From NCBI GenBank assembly GCA_965219955.1, contig OZ244799.1:3680001-3744000 (forward strand): DNA of 64,000 nt, written 5' to 3'. The position numbers were made by a program, and so were the translations under genes. The stretch's first letter is position 1. The number at the start of each line of letters is the position of its first letter. Below the pieces are notes generated by a model. The model saw nothing but the letters and a program-made list of their open reading frames with translations, was not told the origin of the DNA and made no database searches. Shown piece by piece: positions 41,085 to 51,400 of this stretch. The stretch is from a bacterium (lineage in GTDB: Bacteria > UBA8248).

Positions 41085-41282
41085 TTAAAAAACCTTGGTC
41101 AACTTCTTGCGGAACACGACTGACCCGCCCGGGCACGCGACGTGGAGTTGGAAACCATGTTTCGCCAAGTCGATGCCGATCATGTAAACCTGTTCCATCT
41201 CGCTCTTCCCGCAGGGCGGCAAACTATGTCACCTTGCCCCAGTGTGATGTTGTCGGAAGGGTGCGCACACCCCATCGATTAC
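41085..41282 (-). pseudogene. IS110/IS1111-family transposase 5' fragment with left-end non-coding sequence
   Basis: 41198->41085 reads MEQVYMIGIDLAKHGFQLHVACPGGSVVFRKKLTKVF*, the typical IGIDLAK..FQ N-terminus. Not in the ORF track. Confidence 0.8.
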
Positions 41283-42048
41283 ATCAAGTAAGCGTTCGGC
41301 GGCAGAGTGATGGCACATGCTTCAGCGGTTGAGGACTTGCTTCCAGTTTCTGCATAATAGTCTTAGCCAGACGGCCTTTTTGAGCTTGTCGTAACGTTTG
41401 TGCCTGTCGTAGTGTCCATGTCCCCGTGTGATTCCGACGCGGAGCCAGCCCGATGCCCTGTATACGGTGCCGGCGTAGCGGGGGTCTCGATGAGCACGGG
41501 AGTAATGCCATAGCGTTCGGTCCAGTCCTTGGGCAGGCGTCTATAGTGATAGCGGGCGACGAGCTTGCTCCACAGCCAGCCCTCGTGGGCACCGGAATGA
41601 GGGGCGCTTCGATGTCGGGTCCGTAGACGGCTGCTCTGGCGGCGTCCTCTTTCCCCCAGGCCGCCCCGTCAATAAAGGCAATTTGCTTTTTCTCGAATCC
41701 CTCCAAATTTTTGTACCTTGAATAAATCCCGGCGGCGTTGTTTTTGAACCGCTTCATGCTGGCGATTTCCATGACGACGCAGCAGGCGGCGGCCGGGAAG
41801 AGCCGGACGTCCGGCTTTTTCCTGAGGTGGTGGAAACAGGCCGGGGCCATGAAGCCCGCGGCAAGGAGCATCACGCTGGCGCGCCGGTCCTCGCCCCTGG
41901 CCTTCTCCCTGAGGCTTTCCGGTCTGGCCGCCACCCGGTCTTGCGCCCCAACGCCCGGGGCGGGGAAACCAGGCGCCCGGCGAGCAGGGCCAGGCACAGA
42001 CAGGCGGCGAGTCCCCTTTTCAGGAGCGTGTCCCTACCACCGGGACTT

Positions 42049-42597
42049 TTACTTGACGGTTCTGAAACACTTGGTAACTCGGTAGGGTTTGCCCGCGGTG
42101 GCGGAGTTCACCACGTCCAGCCCGTCCATTTTAATTTTGTCGTAACTGGCGATGTAGAGCCACTTGCCGCCTTCAAACACGATGTAATCCGAAAAATAGG
42201 ATTGGGTTGGGTATTCGGTGGCAATGCGGAGAATTTTGTAGCCGTGCCCCCGGCTGCGATGGTTGCAGGAGGCGGCGTAACGGAGGCCGCCGCTGCCCGT
42301 ATGCACCCGCTCATCTATTGTCATTCTAGCCCCCTCTCCGAGGTTGGCCCAGCCCCTAACGCTTTTCAAGGTCATCCCCCCGTTTCCGTTGGGTTTCAGG
42401 GTGATGGTTCTAATGTGGCGTTTGGTGGCTCCCGGAGTGAGGCAGGCCCAGCGTCCGTTGAGTTGCGGGTTGCACTCGGAGGCCACGTCGGCGATTTTCA
42501 CGGCCGGCCGGCCCGGCGGCTCGACGGCGGACGCGGCGCCGGCGATTGCCGCCACGGCGGCGAACGCGCAGAGTGTGGTGATCAGGTGTTTTTTCAT
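42049..42597 (-). CDS. Secreted Cys-rich protein, paralog 1 of 5
   Basis: Signal peptide; ECNP.LNG.W.C, YAASCNHR, YKILRIA, MDG.DV.NS, terminal Cys; GGGAG RBS. Confidence 0.8.
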   Translation of the reverse strand: MKKHLITTLCAFAAVAAIAGAASAVEPPGRPAVKIADVASECNPQLNGRWACLTPGATKRHIRTITLKPNGNGGMTLKSVRGWANLGEGARMTIDERVHTGSGGLRYAASCNHRSRGHGYKILRIATEYPTQSYFSDYIVFEGGKWLYIASYDKIKMDGLDVVNSATAGKPYRVTKCFRTVK

Positions 42598-42869
42598 CGT
42601 GATTCTCCCCCCGGTGAGCGCTCTGCAGCGCGGCGCAGTGGAACCGAAAGAATAAAGAAGAACTATACGGTTTTCGTGTGAGACAATCATGTGATGTTTC
42701 GTGAATTATATGTGTTTTCGGGGATATTCGCGGGGGCTGCGCATGCCGGGCGAGCGTTGCCCGTGCAGACTCAAGCCCCGGCGGCCGGAATGCGGGATCC
42801 GCCGGTAAAGGAGAAGGCGGCGGGAAAATGTTTTCCTTTCAATCGTTCGCCCCTCCCCGGGCAGGCGGT

Positions 42870-43463
42870 CTATCCGGCGTCCCGGACGCAGATTTCCCAA
42901 TAGTCGGGACGGGCCGGGCGGGAGGAGTTCTCCACGTCGTGGCCGTCCATGCGGGTGCCGTCGACAAACCTGCCGAAGGCCAATCTCCCGTCACTGCCGA
43001 CGATATAATCTTCAATGAGAATTTTTCCCTCCGACCGCCCGGCCATCCTGAAAATTTTGTAGCCATGGGTTTTCGTGCGGTGGTTACAGGAGGCGGCGTA
43101 GGGCCTGTTCTGTTCACTGCGCCGGAACTTCCCGTCGGCGACGAAGGTTTCTTGGATGTGGTGGCAATCCCAACCGCATAAAGCTCCTCCCCACCTCTTG
43201 ATAAGCCGGGCGGCTCCGCTCGCGTCGGTGTGCAAAGAGAGATTGAGACGCCTTCTGTCTCTAAATTGATCCGTACAAATCCACTCCCCGGCCATTTCGG
43301 GGTTGCACTCGTTGGCCGCGCTAGCGATTTGTCGGGCGGAGCGGTCCCGACGCTCCCCGGCGGACGCGGTCCCTGCGAAGAGGACGAGCGCGGCCGGCAA
43401 CGCCAGGATGAGGATGATGGATTTGCGCGGCGTGATTTTGCGCCTGGCGGCGTGTTCGGACAT
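42870..43463 (-). CDS. Secreted Cys-rich protein, paralog 2 of 5
   Basis: Same motifs plus CGWDCH; GAGGAGG RBS. Confidence 0.8.
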   Translation of the reverse strand: MSEHAARRKITPRKSIILILALPAALVLFAGTASAGERRDRSARQIASAANECNPEMAGEWICTDQFRDRRRLNLSLHTDASGAARLIKRWGGALCGWDCHHIQETFVADGKFRRSEQNRPYAASCNHRTKTHGYKIFRMAGRSEGKILIEDYIVGSDGRLAFGRFVDGTRMDGHDVENSSRPARPDYWEICVRDAG

Positions 43464-44098
43464 GGTTTTCCCTCCTCGTGGTGCGCGTTCGAAGCCTGAA
43501 CCTCGTAGATACCCGTTGATTCTAGAGGGCCGCGGAGGGAAATCAAGCCCGCCCGGAGCCGAACGAAAGGACGGGCATCCGCTCATGGACGCCCGTTTTC
43601 CGGCCGGGAGAGCGGAAACGGCGCCGGGCCGGTTCCGCGCCGCCTCGTTCGGGGAAGGGCCGGGGCGCATGCCGGGCCCGGTTCCCCTTCGCCGCATTCG
43701 CGTTCAGTGAACCCGGAACGGGAGATCCGCCCACCCTCGTCTCCCGACGCACGACTCCCGGCGTTCCTCCCGCCTGCCCGCCGGCCGGCAGGCGGCGCCC
43801 GGCGCATTCTCCCCTGCCAGTCACCGTGCTTTTCAGGCGCCGGAACCCGGGAGCACGCCAGGGCGGCCGGACGGCGCGGCCGGGCGAGGAGGCGCCAGTT
43901 CCGTGGGTGCATCCGGCGCGGTTGCGCTCCCCGCATCGCGGGAACATGCAACCCCGGTGGAGGCTTTCGAATGGCGGCGAGTCCCCGGAAACAGGTATAA
44001 TCGAGACCTGTTGGAGAGCCGCAAACCCTCCGTGCGCGGTTCGGCCTCCCCGGACCCGTGACTGCGGGGGAGCCGGACGAACGAAAGGAGATTTCGCC

Positions 44099-44617
44099 AT
44101 GCGCCTCATCGTTTTTTTCCTGATGGTCCTTTTTCTTTCCACACCCGCACTCGCGCAGGACCAGAAAAGAGGATACCCCGTCAACGAGTGCAACCCCGTC
44201 CTCAACGGGGATTGGCTTTGCCGAAATGCCCAAAGCGGCAGGCATAGTCATAAGACTCTCTCTTTGAAAATCGACGGCAACGGGGTCGAGCGGCTGGTGT
44301 TCGAAAGCGGCGGAAGCTGTCGCGGCTGCCACACTGGCTCCGATAGCTACCTCGCCGACGGCCGCCGCCACGTCAATGAAGTGGGTATGAAGTACGCCGC
44401 CTCCTGCAACCACCGCACCAAGACCAAAGGCCATAAAATTTTCCGCATTGCCGCCCGAGGGAACGAAGGCAGTCTCATCATCATGGAGTACTGGATTATG
44501 AGCGACGGAAGGATGGTTACTGCCCGTTTTCGGGGCACCATGGACGGATGGGACGTTAAAAACTCCGACCGGGAGGCACAACCCTTTAACTACGATATTT
44601 GCGCTAAACTGGAATAA
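44099..44617 (+). CDS. Secreted Cys-rich protein, paralog 3 of 5 (CRGCH motif)
   Basis: Signal peptide, AAGGAG RBS, family motifs. Confidence 0.8.
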   Translation: MRLIVFFLMVLFLSTPALAQDQKRGYPVNECNPVLNGDWLCRNAQSGRHSHKTLSLKIDGNGVERLVFESGGSCRGCHTGSDSYLADGRRHVNEVGMKYAASCNHRTKTKGHKIFRIAARGNEGSLIIMEYWIMSDGRMVTARFRGTMDGWDVKNSDREAQPFNYDICAKLE

Positions 44618-45069
44618 CGGGACGGGGTTAAACCGCCCAAGGTGGAGGGGGCTTTCCGTGAAGACAAAACCCCTGGCCGCCGCCGCTTTAATTTTCTCCC
44701 TGCTGTTGGTTGACCCCGTCCCCGAAGCCAAAAGCGGGGACAGGGTCGGCGAAAAACCCAAATCCCTGCGCCTGTAACGGGCGGTAGCATGAACCTGCGA
44801 AAACCCCGCCGTATGGCCGGGACCGTCGCCGTTTGCCGCCGTTTCGCCCGCCTGGCGGGAAGCGGGCTGCAAAGCCCGGGCAACTGATCCTCGACCGGTT
44901 CGCGCGCCTCGTTCCATGCTTCCATCGCCGGCCCGGGAGCGGTATCCTGTATTCGTGCTCCGCTCCGCGCGACGTGCGGCGCACCGGGGCTCGTCGCCGC
45001 GTTAAACGGCCGCCGGGAGGCCCGGCCGCTTTGTCCGGTGCAGCGTCGCGCTGCAAGGGAGGGATTCCC

Positions 45070-45630
45070 ATGTCCATCAAATCAGCCGCCGGCATCGTCT
45101 TTGCCCTGGTCGTTTCCGCCTGCCCCCTCGCCTTAGGAACCGCGTCCGCCGCCGAACGAACGGACCGGCCCGCCAAAGAGGCCGCCGGCGCGGCCAACGT
45201 GTGCAGCCCCGTCCTCAACGGGGAGTGGATTTGCCGAAATGCCCAAAACGGCGAACTTTCGCGTGAGAACCTCTCTTTGGAAACCGACGGAAGCGGTGCC
45301 ACCCGGCTGGTCAAGAGATGGGGGGGAGCTAGCCGCGGCTCCCACGATATGAAGGCAACCTACGTTGCCGACGGCCGCCGCCGCGTCAACGAAGAAGGTG
45401 ATGATTACGCCGCCTCCTGCAACCACCGCACCAAGACCCAGGGCAATAAGATTTTCCGCATCGCCGAGCAGTTTACCTCGGGTAGGGCCGGAATGAAGGA
45501 GTACGTTATCATGGACGACGGAAGGATGCTTATTGGCGGATTTGGCGGAACCATGGACGGGTGGGACGTCAAGAACTCCGACCGGCCGCCCGAACCCGAT
45601 TGGTATTATGTATGCGCCAAGGAGGAATAA
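45070..45630 (+). CDS. Secreted Cys-rich protein, paralog 4 of 5 (SRGSH in place of CRGCH)
   Basis: Signal peptide, GGAGG RBS, family motifs. Confidence 0.8.
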   Translation: MSIKSAAGIVFALVVSACPLALGTASAAERTDRPAKEAAGAANVCSPVLNGEWICRNAQNGELSRENLSLETDGSGATRLVKRWGGASRGSHDMKATYVADGRRRVNEEGDDYAASCNHRTKTQGNKIFRIAEQFTSGRAGMKEYVIMDDGRMLIGGFGGTMDGWDVKNSDRPPEPDWYYVCAKEE

Positions 45631-46079
45631 CGGGGAAGGGGTTTGAACCGCCCAGGGAGGGGCAAAAGAATTGAGAAAACAACTGACCGCCGCCGCCCTC
45701 GTCTTCTCCCTAGCCGGTTTTCACTTCTCCCCCGAAGCGGGGTTTGGGACAGGGTCGGCGACAAGCTCAAATCCCTGCGCCCGTAACGGGCGGTGACGTG
45801 AACCTGCGCAAAACCCCGCCGTACGGCCGGGACCGTCGCGGTTCGCCGCCGTTTCGCCCGCTCGGAGGGAAGCGGACTATGAAGCCCGTACAACTGGCCG
45901 TCGACCGACTCGCGCGCCTCGTTCCATGCTTCCATCGCCGGCCCGGGAGCGGTATCCTCTATTCGTGCTTCGCTCCGGGCGACGTGCGGCGCACCGGGGC
46001 TCGTCGCCGCGTTAAACGGCCGCCGGGCGGCCCGGCCGCTTCGTCCGGTGCAGCGTCGCGCTAGAAGGGAGGAATTCTC

Positions 46080-46640
46080 ATGTCCGTCAAATCAGCCGCC
46101 GGCATCGTCTTTGCCCTGGTCGTTTCCGCCTGCCCCCTCGCCTCAGGAACCGCGTCCGCCGCCGAGCGAACGGACCGGCCCGCCAAAGAGGCCGCCGGCG
46201 CGGCCAACAAGTGCAACCCCGCTCTTAACGGGGATTGGATGTGCCGAAATGCCCAAACGGGCAAGCATAATCATCTGGCTCTCTCTTTGAAAATCGACGG
46301 CGGCGGGGCGGAGCTGCTAGTGGTCGGAGACGACGGGGCCTGTCGCGGTTGCCACACTAGCCCGTACAGCTTTCTCGCCGACGGACGCCGCCACCGCAAC
46401 GAAAGCGGTATAGAGTACGCCGCCTCCTGCAACCACCGCACCAAGACCAGGGGCCATAAAATTTTCCGTATCGCCCTCCAATTGGACTCGGGCAAGGCCG
46501 TCATCGAAGAGTACTGGATTATGAGCGATGGAAGGATAGTCATTGCCCGTTTTCGGGGCACCATGGACGGATGGGACGTTAAAAACTCCGACCGGGAGGC
46601 GCAACCCTATAGCTACGATATTTGCGCCAAACTGGAATAA
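46080..46640 (+). CDS. Secreted Cys-rich protein, paralog 5 of 5 (CRGCH motif)
   Basis: N-terminus nearly identical to paralog 4, C-terminus nearly identical to paralog 3. Confidence 0.85.
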   Translation: MSVKSAAGIVFALVVSACPLASGTASAAERTDRPAKEAAGAANKCNPALNGDWMCRNAQTGKHNHLALSLKIDGGGAELLVVGDDGACRGCHTSPYSFLADGRRHRNESGIEYAASCNHRTKTRGHKIFRIALQLDSGKAVIEEYWIMSDGRIVIARFRGTMDGWDVKNSDREAQPYSYDICAKLE

Positions 46641-47520
46641 CGGGGCAAAAGTTTAAACCGCCCAAGGAGGGGCAACAAAATTGAGAAAACAACTGACCGT
46701 CGCCGCCCTTGTCTTCTCCCTCGCGGGTTTTCACTTCTCCCCCGAGGCGGGGGTAAGGGACAGGGTGGGCGACAAGATCAAGTCTCTCAAGAAAGTCGCC
46801 AAAAACCAGGACTGGTAGGCCAACGTCATGCTCTTTTCGGTGGGCTCTATGATGCCCGTCTGTTTCTACCACTGCAAAAAGAAACCCAACACCTGGGCCT
46901 TCCTCACCGCCGGAACCACACAGGGACGCGAACGCCATGACAAGCCCAAAAAGGACGTCTGGCTAAGACCCTTGCGAAAAAACTGGAAGCGTACCCTCAA
47001 CAGCTAAAGCCGGTCCTCCATCACGGCCCGAACGAACGTTCACGGACGCGCGCCCGCCGGGATGCGCTCGAGTTTGAACGAGTCCGCTTTCGGCTTGATT
47101 ACGGAGTGGGGAAGACGAATTCCGGCAGAAACGGATATGTCATTTAATATCAATGAGATAAATGGGTTTTGCAGTTGTCGGAAATGGCTTGAAAAATCTA
47201 ATTTATCGAAAAACCCCGTGAATTTATCTAATTTTATCGAATTTTTCGGAAATTATTATTTGCATTTTGCACCTTCTGCGTCTCGCCCGGGCGGCGGCCC
47301 GATTCCTGCGGGCAGCACCCCTTCCGCCGCCTGAAAAACGAAGGCCGACGGACGGCCTCTCCAGCATACCCCATAGACGCGAAAGTCCCCCGGCGGCAAA
47401 TGCGGGGAATTGCGCGTGAGGACGGTCTCTCCGATTTTCAGACCTGGGGGCGTTTCGTGAAGCGCCGCTCGGGTCAATGGCGGATGGCCGCCGCCATACC
47501 GAACCCCTGCGTGGGGCCTG

Positions 47521-48156
47521 TTATTTCGCCCCTCCCGGCTCGTAGCTCATCAACTCCCTGTAGCCGTCTCTTAATTTGTACTTGTGTTCCCACTTCATCA
47601 GCACGTTTATCTTGATGACCGGGGATATATGGTATTCTCTTCTGACGTTCGCGGTTTCACAGGCGACGCGATACGTGTCGAAACCGCCTGCGGGAACATT
47701 CACACGAACCTGTCCCTTGACTTCACAACTCGTTTGCCCGCTCCAGCTTCTGCCCGATTCGGTCGACCCTTCGTAGTCGTATTTCCATTTGTTGCCGACC
47801 TTCAGAGGCCAGATTCCGCCTTCGAGATTTGTTATCGACCCGCGTCCGTTGGAGCGGCGTCTGCCGCAATTTTTCCACTTGAGGTATTGCGCCAGGAATT
47901 CATGGTGCGTCCTCGTGGCGGTGCACCCGTAACTCGTTTCGTAGTTCGCCGTGGTCTCATCCACTCCTGTGATTGTCTCGGAGTATTTTTTCCCTCTCGA
48001 ATCTTTCCAGTGTCTTGTTGAGCCGATCTGCGGCGTGGGCTTGGGCATCGGCGCAAGGGCGGTGGGCTTGGAATCGGCCGCAATAGCCGATGGAGTGTGG
48101 CTCAAGGCTCCGGTTGCGAATGCGAACACGAGGCTTGCGATGATGATGAATTTCAT
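47521..48156 (-). CDS. Secreted beta-rich hypothetical protein
   Basis: Signal peptide MKFIIIAS..AIA; IWPLKVG.KW, V.VPAG.FDTYRV.C motif; AAGGAG RBS. Confidence 0.75.
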   Translation of the reverse strand: MKFIIIASLVFAFATGALSHTPSAIAADSKPTALAPMPKPTPQIGSTRHWKDSRGKKYSETITGVDETTANYETSYGCTATRTHHEFLAQYLKWKNCGRRRSNGRGSITNLEGGIWPLKVGNKWKYDYEGSTESGRSWSGQTSCEVKGQVRVNVPAGGFDTYRVACETANVRREYHISPVIKINVLMKWEHKYKLRDGYRELMSYEPGGAK

Positions 48157-48455
48157 GGGGTTGTCTCCTTTCTCGAATGAATCCCGGCCCGGCATGGCGG
48201 CGTTCCGGGAGCGGCTGGCCTTGTCTCTCTCCGCCGCGATGGGCGCCCGGGTTGCGGCGCTGCTCATGGACGAACCTCCTCACCGTTTGGGGAGCATTTC
48301 GGTCGTATCGGCATCTCCGCCTTTCCGCTGGAACGTCTGCCGGCCATGCCCGCGCGACTACCCGCCGCCCCCGGCGATGAAACCGGGAGCGGCGAGAGGG
48401 GGTCGCCCGCAGCCTTGTGATATGGGGAATAGGGGCCGGCGGGCCTTGCGCTCGG

Positions 48456-49613
48456 CTATTGTTTATATGCCCCGAAAGCGCCGATGAAGCTTCGGAGTTC
48501 ATCGTCTGTTTTCCCCCCGAACGTCCCGGCGATGGAAGCGGGTTGATCGGCCGCGCTCGCGCCGTTTCCGAATAACTTTCCGCCCCACCTGCCCGAGTAG
48601 CCGTTCGCGCTGGTGCCGCCCCTGAAATTCCCGCCTTGTCCAGTTCCGCTCGCTTGCATAATATTTGCGGACTCCAGCGTTAGGTCGGGCAGGGCAACGC
48701 CGCCATCCGTCCTGCCTTCCGTGGCACGTCCTGAGACGGTTCCCATCTCGGTCGAATCGCCGAAATTGGCTTCGAGGCTCACTTTAGCGGTGAAATTGTC
48801 GTATACCGGAGTAGCATCGGCGTTCGCCTTCATCATGTGTGTCCCGATCGCAGGACCCTCGTAGGCCGCCGTACCCGTGAGGACGGCGAGCCCGTCGTTG
48901 TTGAAGGGGTCGTTGCCGCTTGCCGCGCCGCCTAGCGTGAAACTGCCGCTGAATTCTCCAGTGTTTGAGTCCTTGAAAATATACAACCATGTTCCCAGGC
49001 TCAGATAATCCGCATCCCCGGTATTTTCGATGTCGGAATAGGCGTCCCAATTGAAAATGCCGTTGGATGACTCGCCGTGGACTTCCACCCCCTTCCAGCC
49101 CGCCGCCGGGACGCCGTCCAGCCTGTTTACCGATACATTCGGGTTTGTTGTGCTCGTGCTAAACGTTTGGCCGCTTCTTGTGTTTAGTCGCGTGTACGTG
49201 AAATGGAGTTCCCCGTTCTCGATAAACTCTGGAACGTAGGTAAATGAATCTAAGGTTCGGCCATCGAAAGAGTATGACGATTGCGTGGTGCTGGCGACTC
49301 CCTCGTTCAGCCATCCGGATGCTCTCGACCCAGCGGCTCTCAGTATGCGTATCGCCGCGCCGTTCGCCAGTTGCGGATTCTCATTGACTTCTTTCAGTAA
49401 AGATCCTGCGCGCATCGGCTGTTGCGGTGGCGTAGAACCGCCGCCGGTTCCACCGCCGGGCATCGGGTCCGGCGGCGGCATCACGGCGGCGCCGCCCCCA
49501 CCGCCACCGCCCCCACCGCAGCCCGCCAGCACGAGGGTGCAAACCAGCGTGAAGGTGAGCAGCAAAGATGAAAGTGCTGTTTGTTCCTTGAGTTGCTTTC
49601 TTGCTTTTGTCAT
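48456..49613 (-). CDS. Surface lipoprotein, TbpB/transferrin-binding-like C-terminal beta-barrel
   Basis: Lipobox LAGC plus poly-Gly/Pro linker; DYLSLGTW, GTAAYEG.AIG, L.ANFG, W.GKLFG, P.SIAGTFG, FIGAFGA. Confidence 0.8.
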   Translation of the reverse strand: MTKARKQLKEQTALSSLLLTFTLVCTLVLAGCGGGGGGGGGAAVMPPPDPMPGGGTGGGSTPPQQPMRAGSLLKEVNENPQLANGAAIRILRAAGSRASGWLNEGVASTTQSSYSFDGRTLDSFTYVPEFIENGELHFTYTRLNTRSGQTFSTSTTNPNVSVNRLDGVPAAGWKGVEVHGESSNGIFNWDAYSDIENTGDADYLSLGTWLYIFKDSNTGEFSGSFTLGGAASGNDPFNNDGLAVLTGTAAYEGPAIGTHMMKANADATPVYDNFTAKVSLEANFGDSTEMGTVSGRATEGRTDGGVALPDLTLESANIMQASGTGQGGNFRGGTSANGYSGRWGGKLFGNGASAADQPASIAGTFGGKTDDELRSFIGAFGAYKQ

Positions 49614-49629
49614 TTCGACTCCCTCCAAT

Positions 49630-51069
49630 TGTGGAAAGCGGCGATCCGTCCGGCCGCAGATAAACCCGGCTTCGTCGCCACAAAGTCACGATTGAAGAGA
49701 GATGGATTCCCCGCCCGTTCCGCTCTCCAGGGGATGGAGAGAGGCTTCTATCCGGCGGGTAACCAGGAAACGTGCATCGTGGTTTTGTGGCAACAGCAAT
49801 GATCTTTGAAAACAACCGAAATGTCAAATGCTTGATTCATAAGGACGAACCGCCGTCGTGAGATGGCTGCCGCTTCCTGGGTGGTGGAAATTTCGGGGGA
49901 ATTCCCTGTGTTCGTTGCTGGAGATTTCCGGGAAATCGCGTGCAAGCAAGAATCAAGCTTTTTTCAGCAATGTTGTCGGTTTTCACATAAGTCGACTTTT
50001 GGAAGAATGTGTTTCGGTAAATTCAAGTTCCGCTCTCCAGGGGATGGAGAGAGGCTTCTATCCGGCGGGTAACCTAGAAACGAGCATCGTGGTTTTGTGG
50101 CAACAGGAGTGATCGGTGAAAACCGCCGGAATGTCAAATTCTTGATCCATAAGGACGAACCGCTGTCGTGAGATGTCTGCCGCCTCCCGGGTGGTGGAAA
50201 TTTCGGGGGAATCGCCTGCGTTCGTTGCCGGAGATTTCCGGGAAATCGCGTGCAAACAAGAGTCAAGCTTTTTTCAGCTATTTGTCCATTTTCACACAGG
50301 TCGACTTTTGGGAGAATGTGTTTCGCCGGATTCAGAATGAATTGAACGGGCGGGTCCATTATCCGGCGAAAAGGGTTGCTCCCCGGACTGTAGACGCTCC
50401 GGGCTGTTTGCCACAAACCACGATCGAAGAGATGGGCGCCCGCCTGTTCCGGCCCTCGGGAAACCGGGGGCCGTCATGTATTCAGTAGGCGGCATGTTCT
50501 CCGGATTTGATGAATGGACGTGTCTGTTTTCCGATGAAAAGGTTCCGCATCGGATCGATTCATTTTGTTTTCATGTCAATGAGAGAGGGCTGTTCGCCGG
50601 ACCGCGGACGCAGTCGGGCTGTTTGCCACAAAAACCACGATCGAAGAGATGGGTTTCCCGCCTATTCCGGCTCTCTTACGTCCAGTCGTTCAACCTGGAT
50701 CAATGAGGCCGTGTTGTATTCAGCGGGCAGCCCGAACGGGCTGACTGCCGTGGTTTTTGTGGCAAGGAAATGATCGGACATGACAACTGGCTTGTCAAAC
50801 GCGGGTGGACAAGGGGAGACGGGGGGACGTCGGAGTTTTTGTCGTTTCTCGAATGACGAGAAAGGCGGCGATTCGCCCGGCCACGGAAGCAGTCGCGCCT
50901 TTTGCCACAAAAATCACGATTCAGGAGATGAGTGTCCTGCCTTTCCATCTCCAGGGGGATGGAGATACGTCCTGTATTCGGCGGCTGCTTGGGTGGCGGC
51001 TGGTTTGAAGCTGTGTACTCGTGGTTTTGTCGCAAGAGAAATGATCGAACAAGAAATTCTGGATGTCAA
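49630..51069 (-). ncRNA. Tandem array of five promoter plus putative structured-RNA units (two partial)
   Basis: Minus-strand TTGACA at 49822-27, 50132-37, 50574-79, 50793-98 and 51064-69, each 17 bp from GATCAT/GATCAC/GATCCG. Followed by GCCACAAAACCACGAT...ATCGTGGTTTTGTGGC stems. RNA status is inferred. Confidence 0.55.
49717..50325. repeat. 310-bp-period tandem direct duplication
   Basis: 49717-~50015 aligns at high identity with 50027-~50325. Confidence 0.9.
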
Positions 51070-51163
51070 ACAAAATCGTGCGAGGGGGCGACGGCGCTTG
51101 AAGGAGACGGGCAAGGAATTACGCTCTCATATTTTTCTCGTACTCGGCAAACTCTCTCTCATC

Positions 51164-51239
51164 GAGGGTGTTGAAAAACCCCTCGTCGGGGGCATCGCTT
51201 TTACCCTTTTTGGTCTAGGGGGCTTTTTCAACAACCCTC
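51164..51239. mobile_element. 76-bp miniature inverted-repeat element
   Basis: GAGGGTGTTGAAAAACCC ... GGCTTTTTCAACAACCCTC; same end family as 1-205. Confidence 0.5.
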
Positions 51240-51400
51240 CCTCCCCGGTCGGCAGCCCCTCCCTCCCCGGTCGGCGAACCCTCCCTCCCCGGTCGGGTTC
51301 GACCCCACCATTGACACCGCTCCTCCCGCGTGAAAGCATCGGGGAAACTTTCATGGAATGGATGGATGCCGCCTCCCGCCTCTCGATAAGGAGGGCAAAG

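Larger units (their letters stand above)
11310..41500. mobile_element. Integrative mobilisable element / genomic island (boundaries approximate)
   Basis: Tandem integrases, HU, MOB_F relaxase, ssb, DUF2493, AT-richer cargo and IS remnants. No att direct repeat pair bounding the whole island was found. Confidence 0.7.
44618..46785 (+). repeat. About 1.01-kb tandem repeat units (non-coding spacer plus gene)
   Basis: Stop codons end at 44617, 45630 and 46640. Spacers 44618-45069 and 45631-46079 are highly similar; a partial third spacer follows 46640. Confidence 0.9.

Noticed and set aside
41284-41997. 237-aa ORF on the minus strand
   Set aside because: Patchwork composition with no motif or clear RBS; probably spans gene debris at the island edge.
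44099-46640. Diversity-generating retroelement (TR/VR)
   Set aside because: Differences between paralogs are not adenine-specific and there is no reverse transcriptase in the window.
42049-46785. Integron cassette array
   Set aside because: No RYYYAAC...GTTRRRY attC structure was recognised, spacers are ~450 bp, genes are paralogous, and the integrases are not IntI-like.
49630-51069. CRISPR array
   Set aside because: The repeats occur as inverted pairs at irregular 210-440 bp periods, the interiors are homologous rather than unique spacers, and there are no cas genes.
50780-51400. N-terminal extension of the 405-aa ORF 50780-51997
   Set aside because: It runs through non-coding repeats. 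The RBS and signal peptide support a start at 51401.
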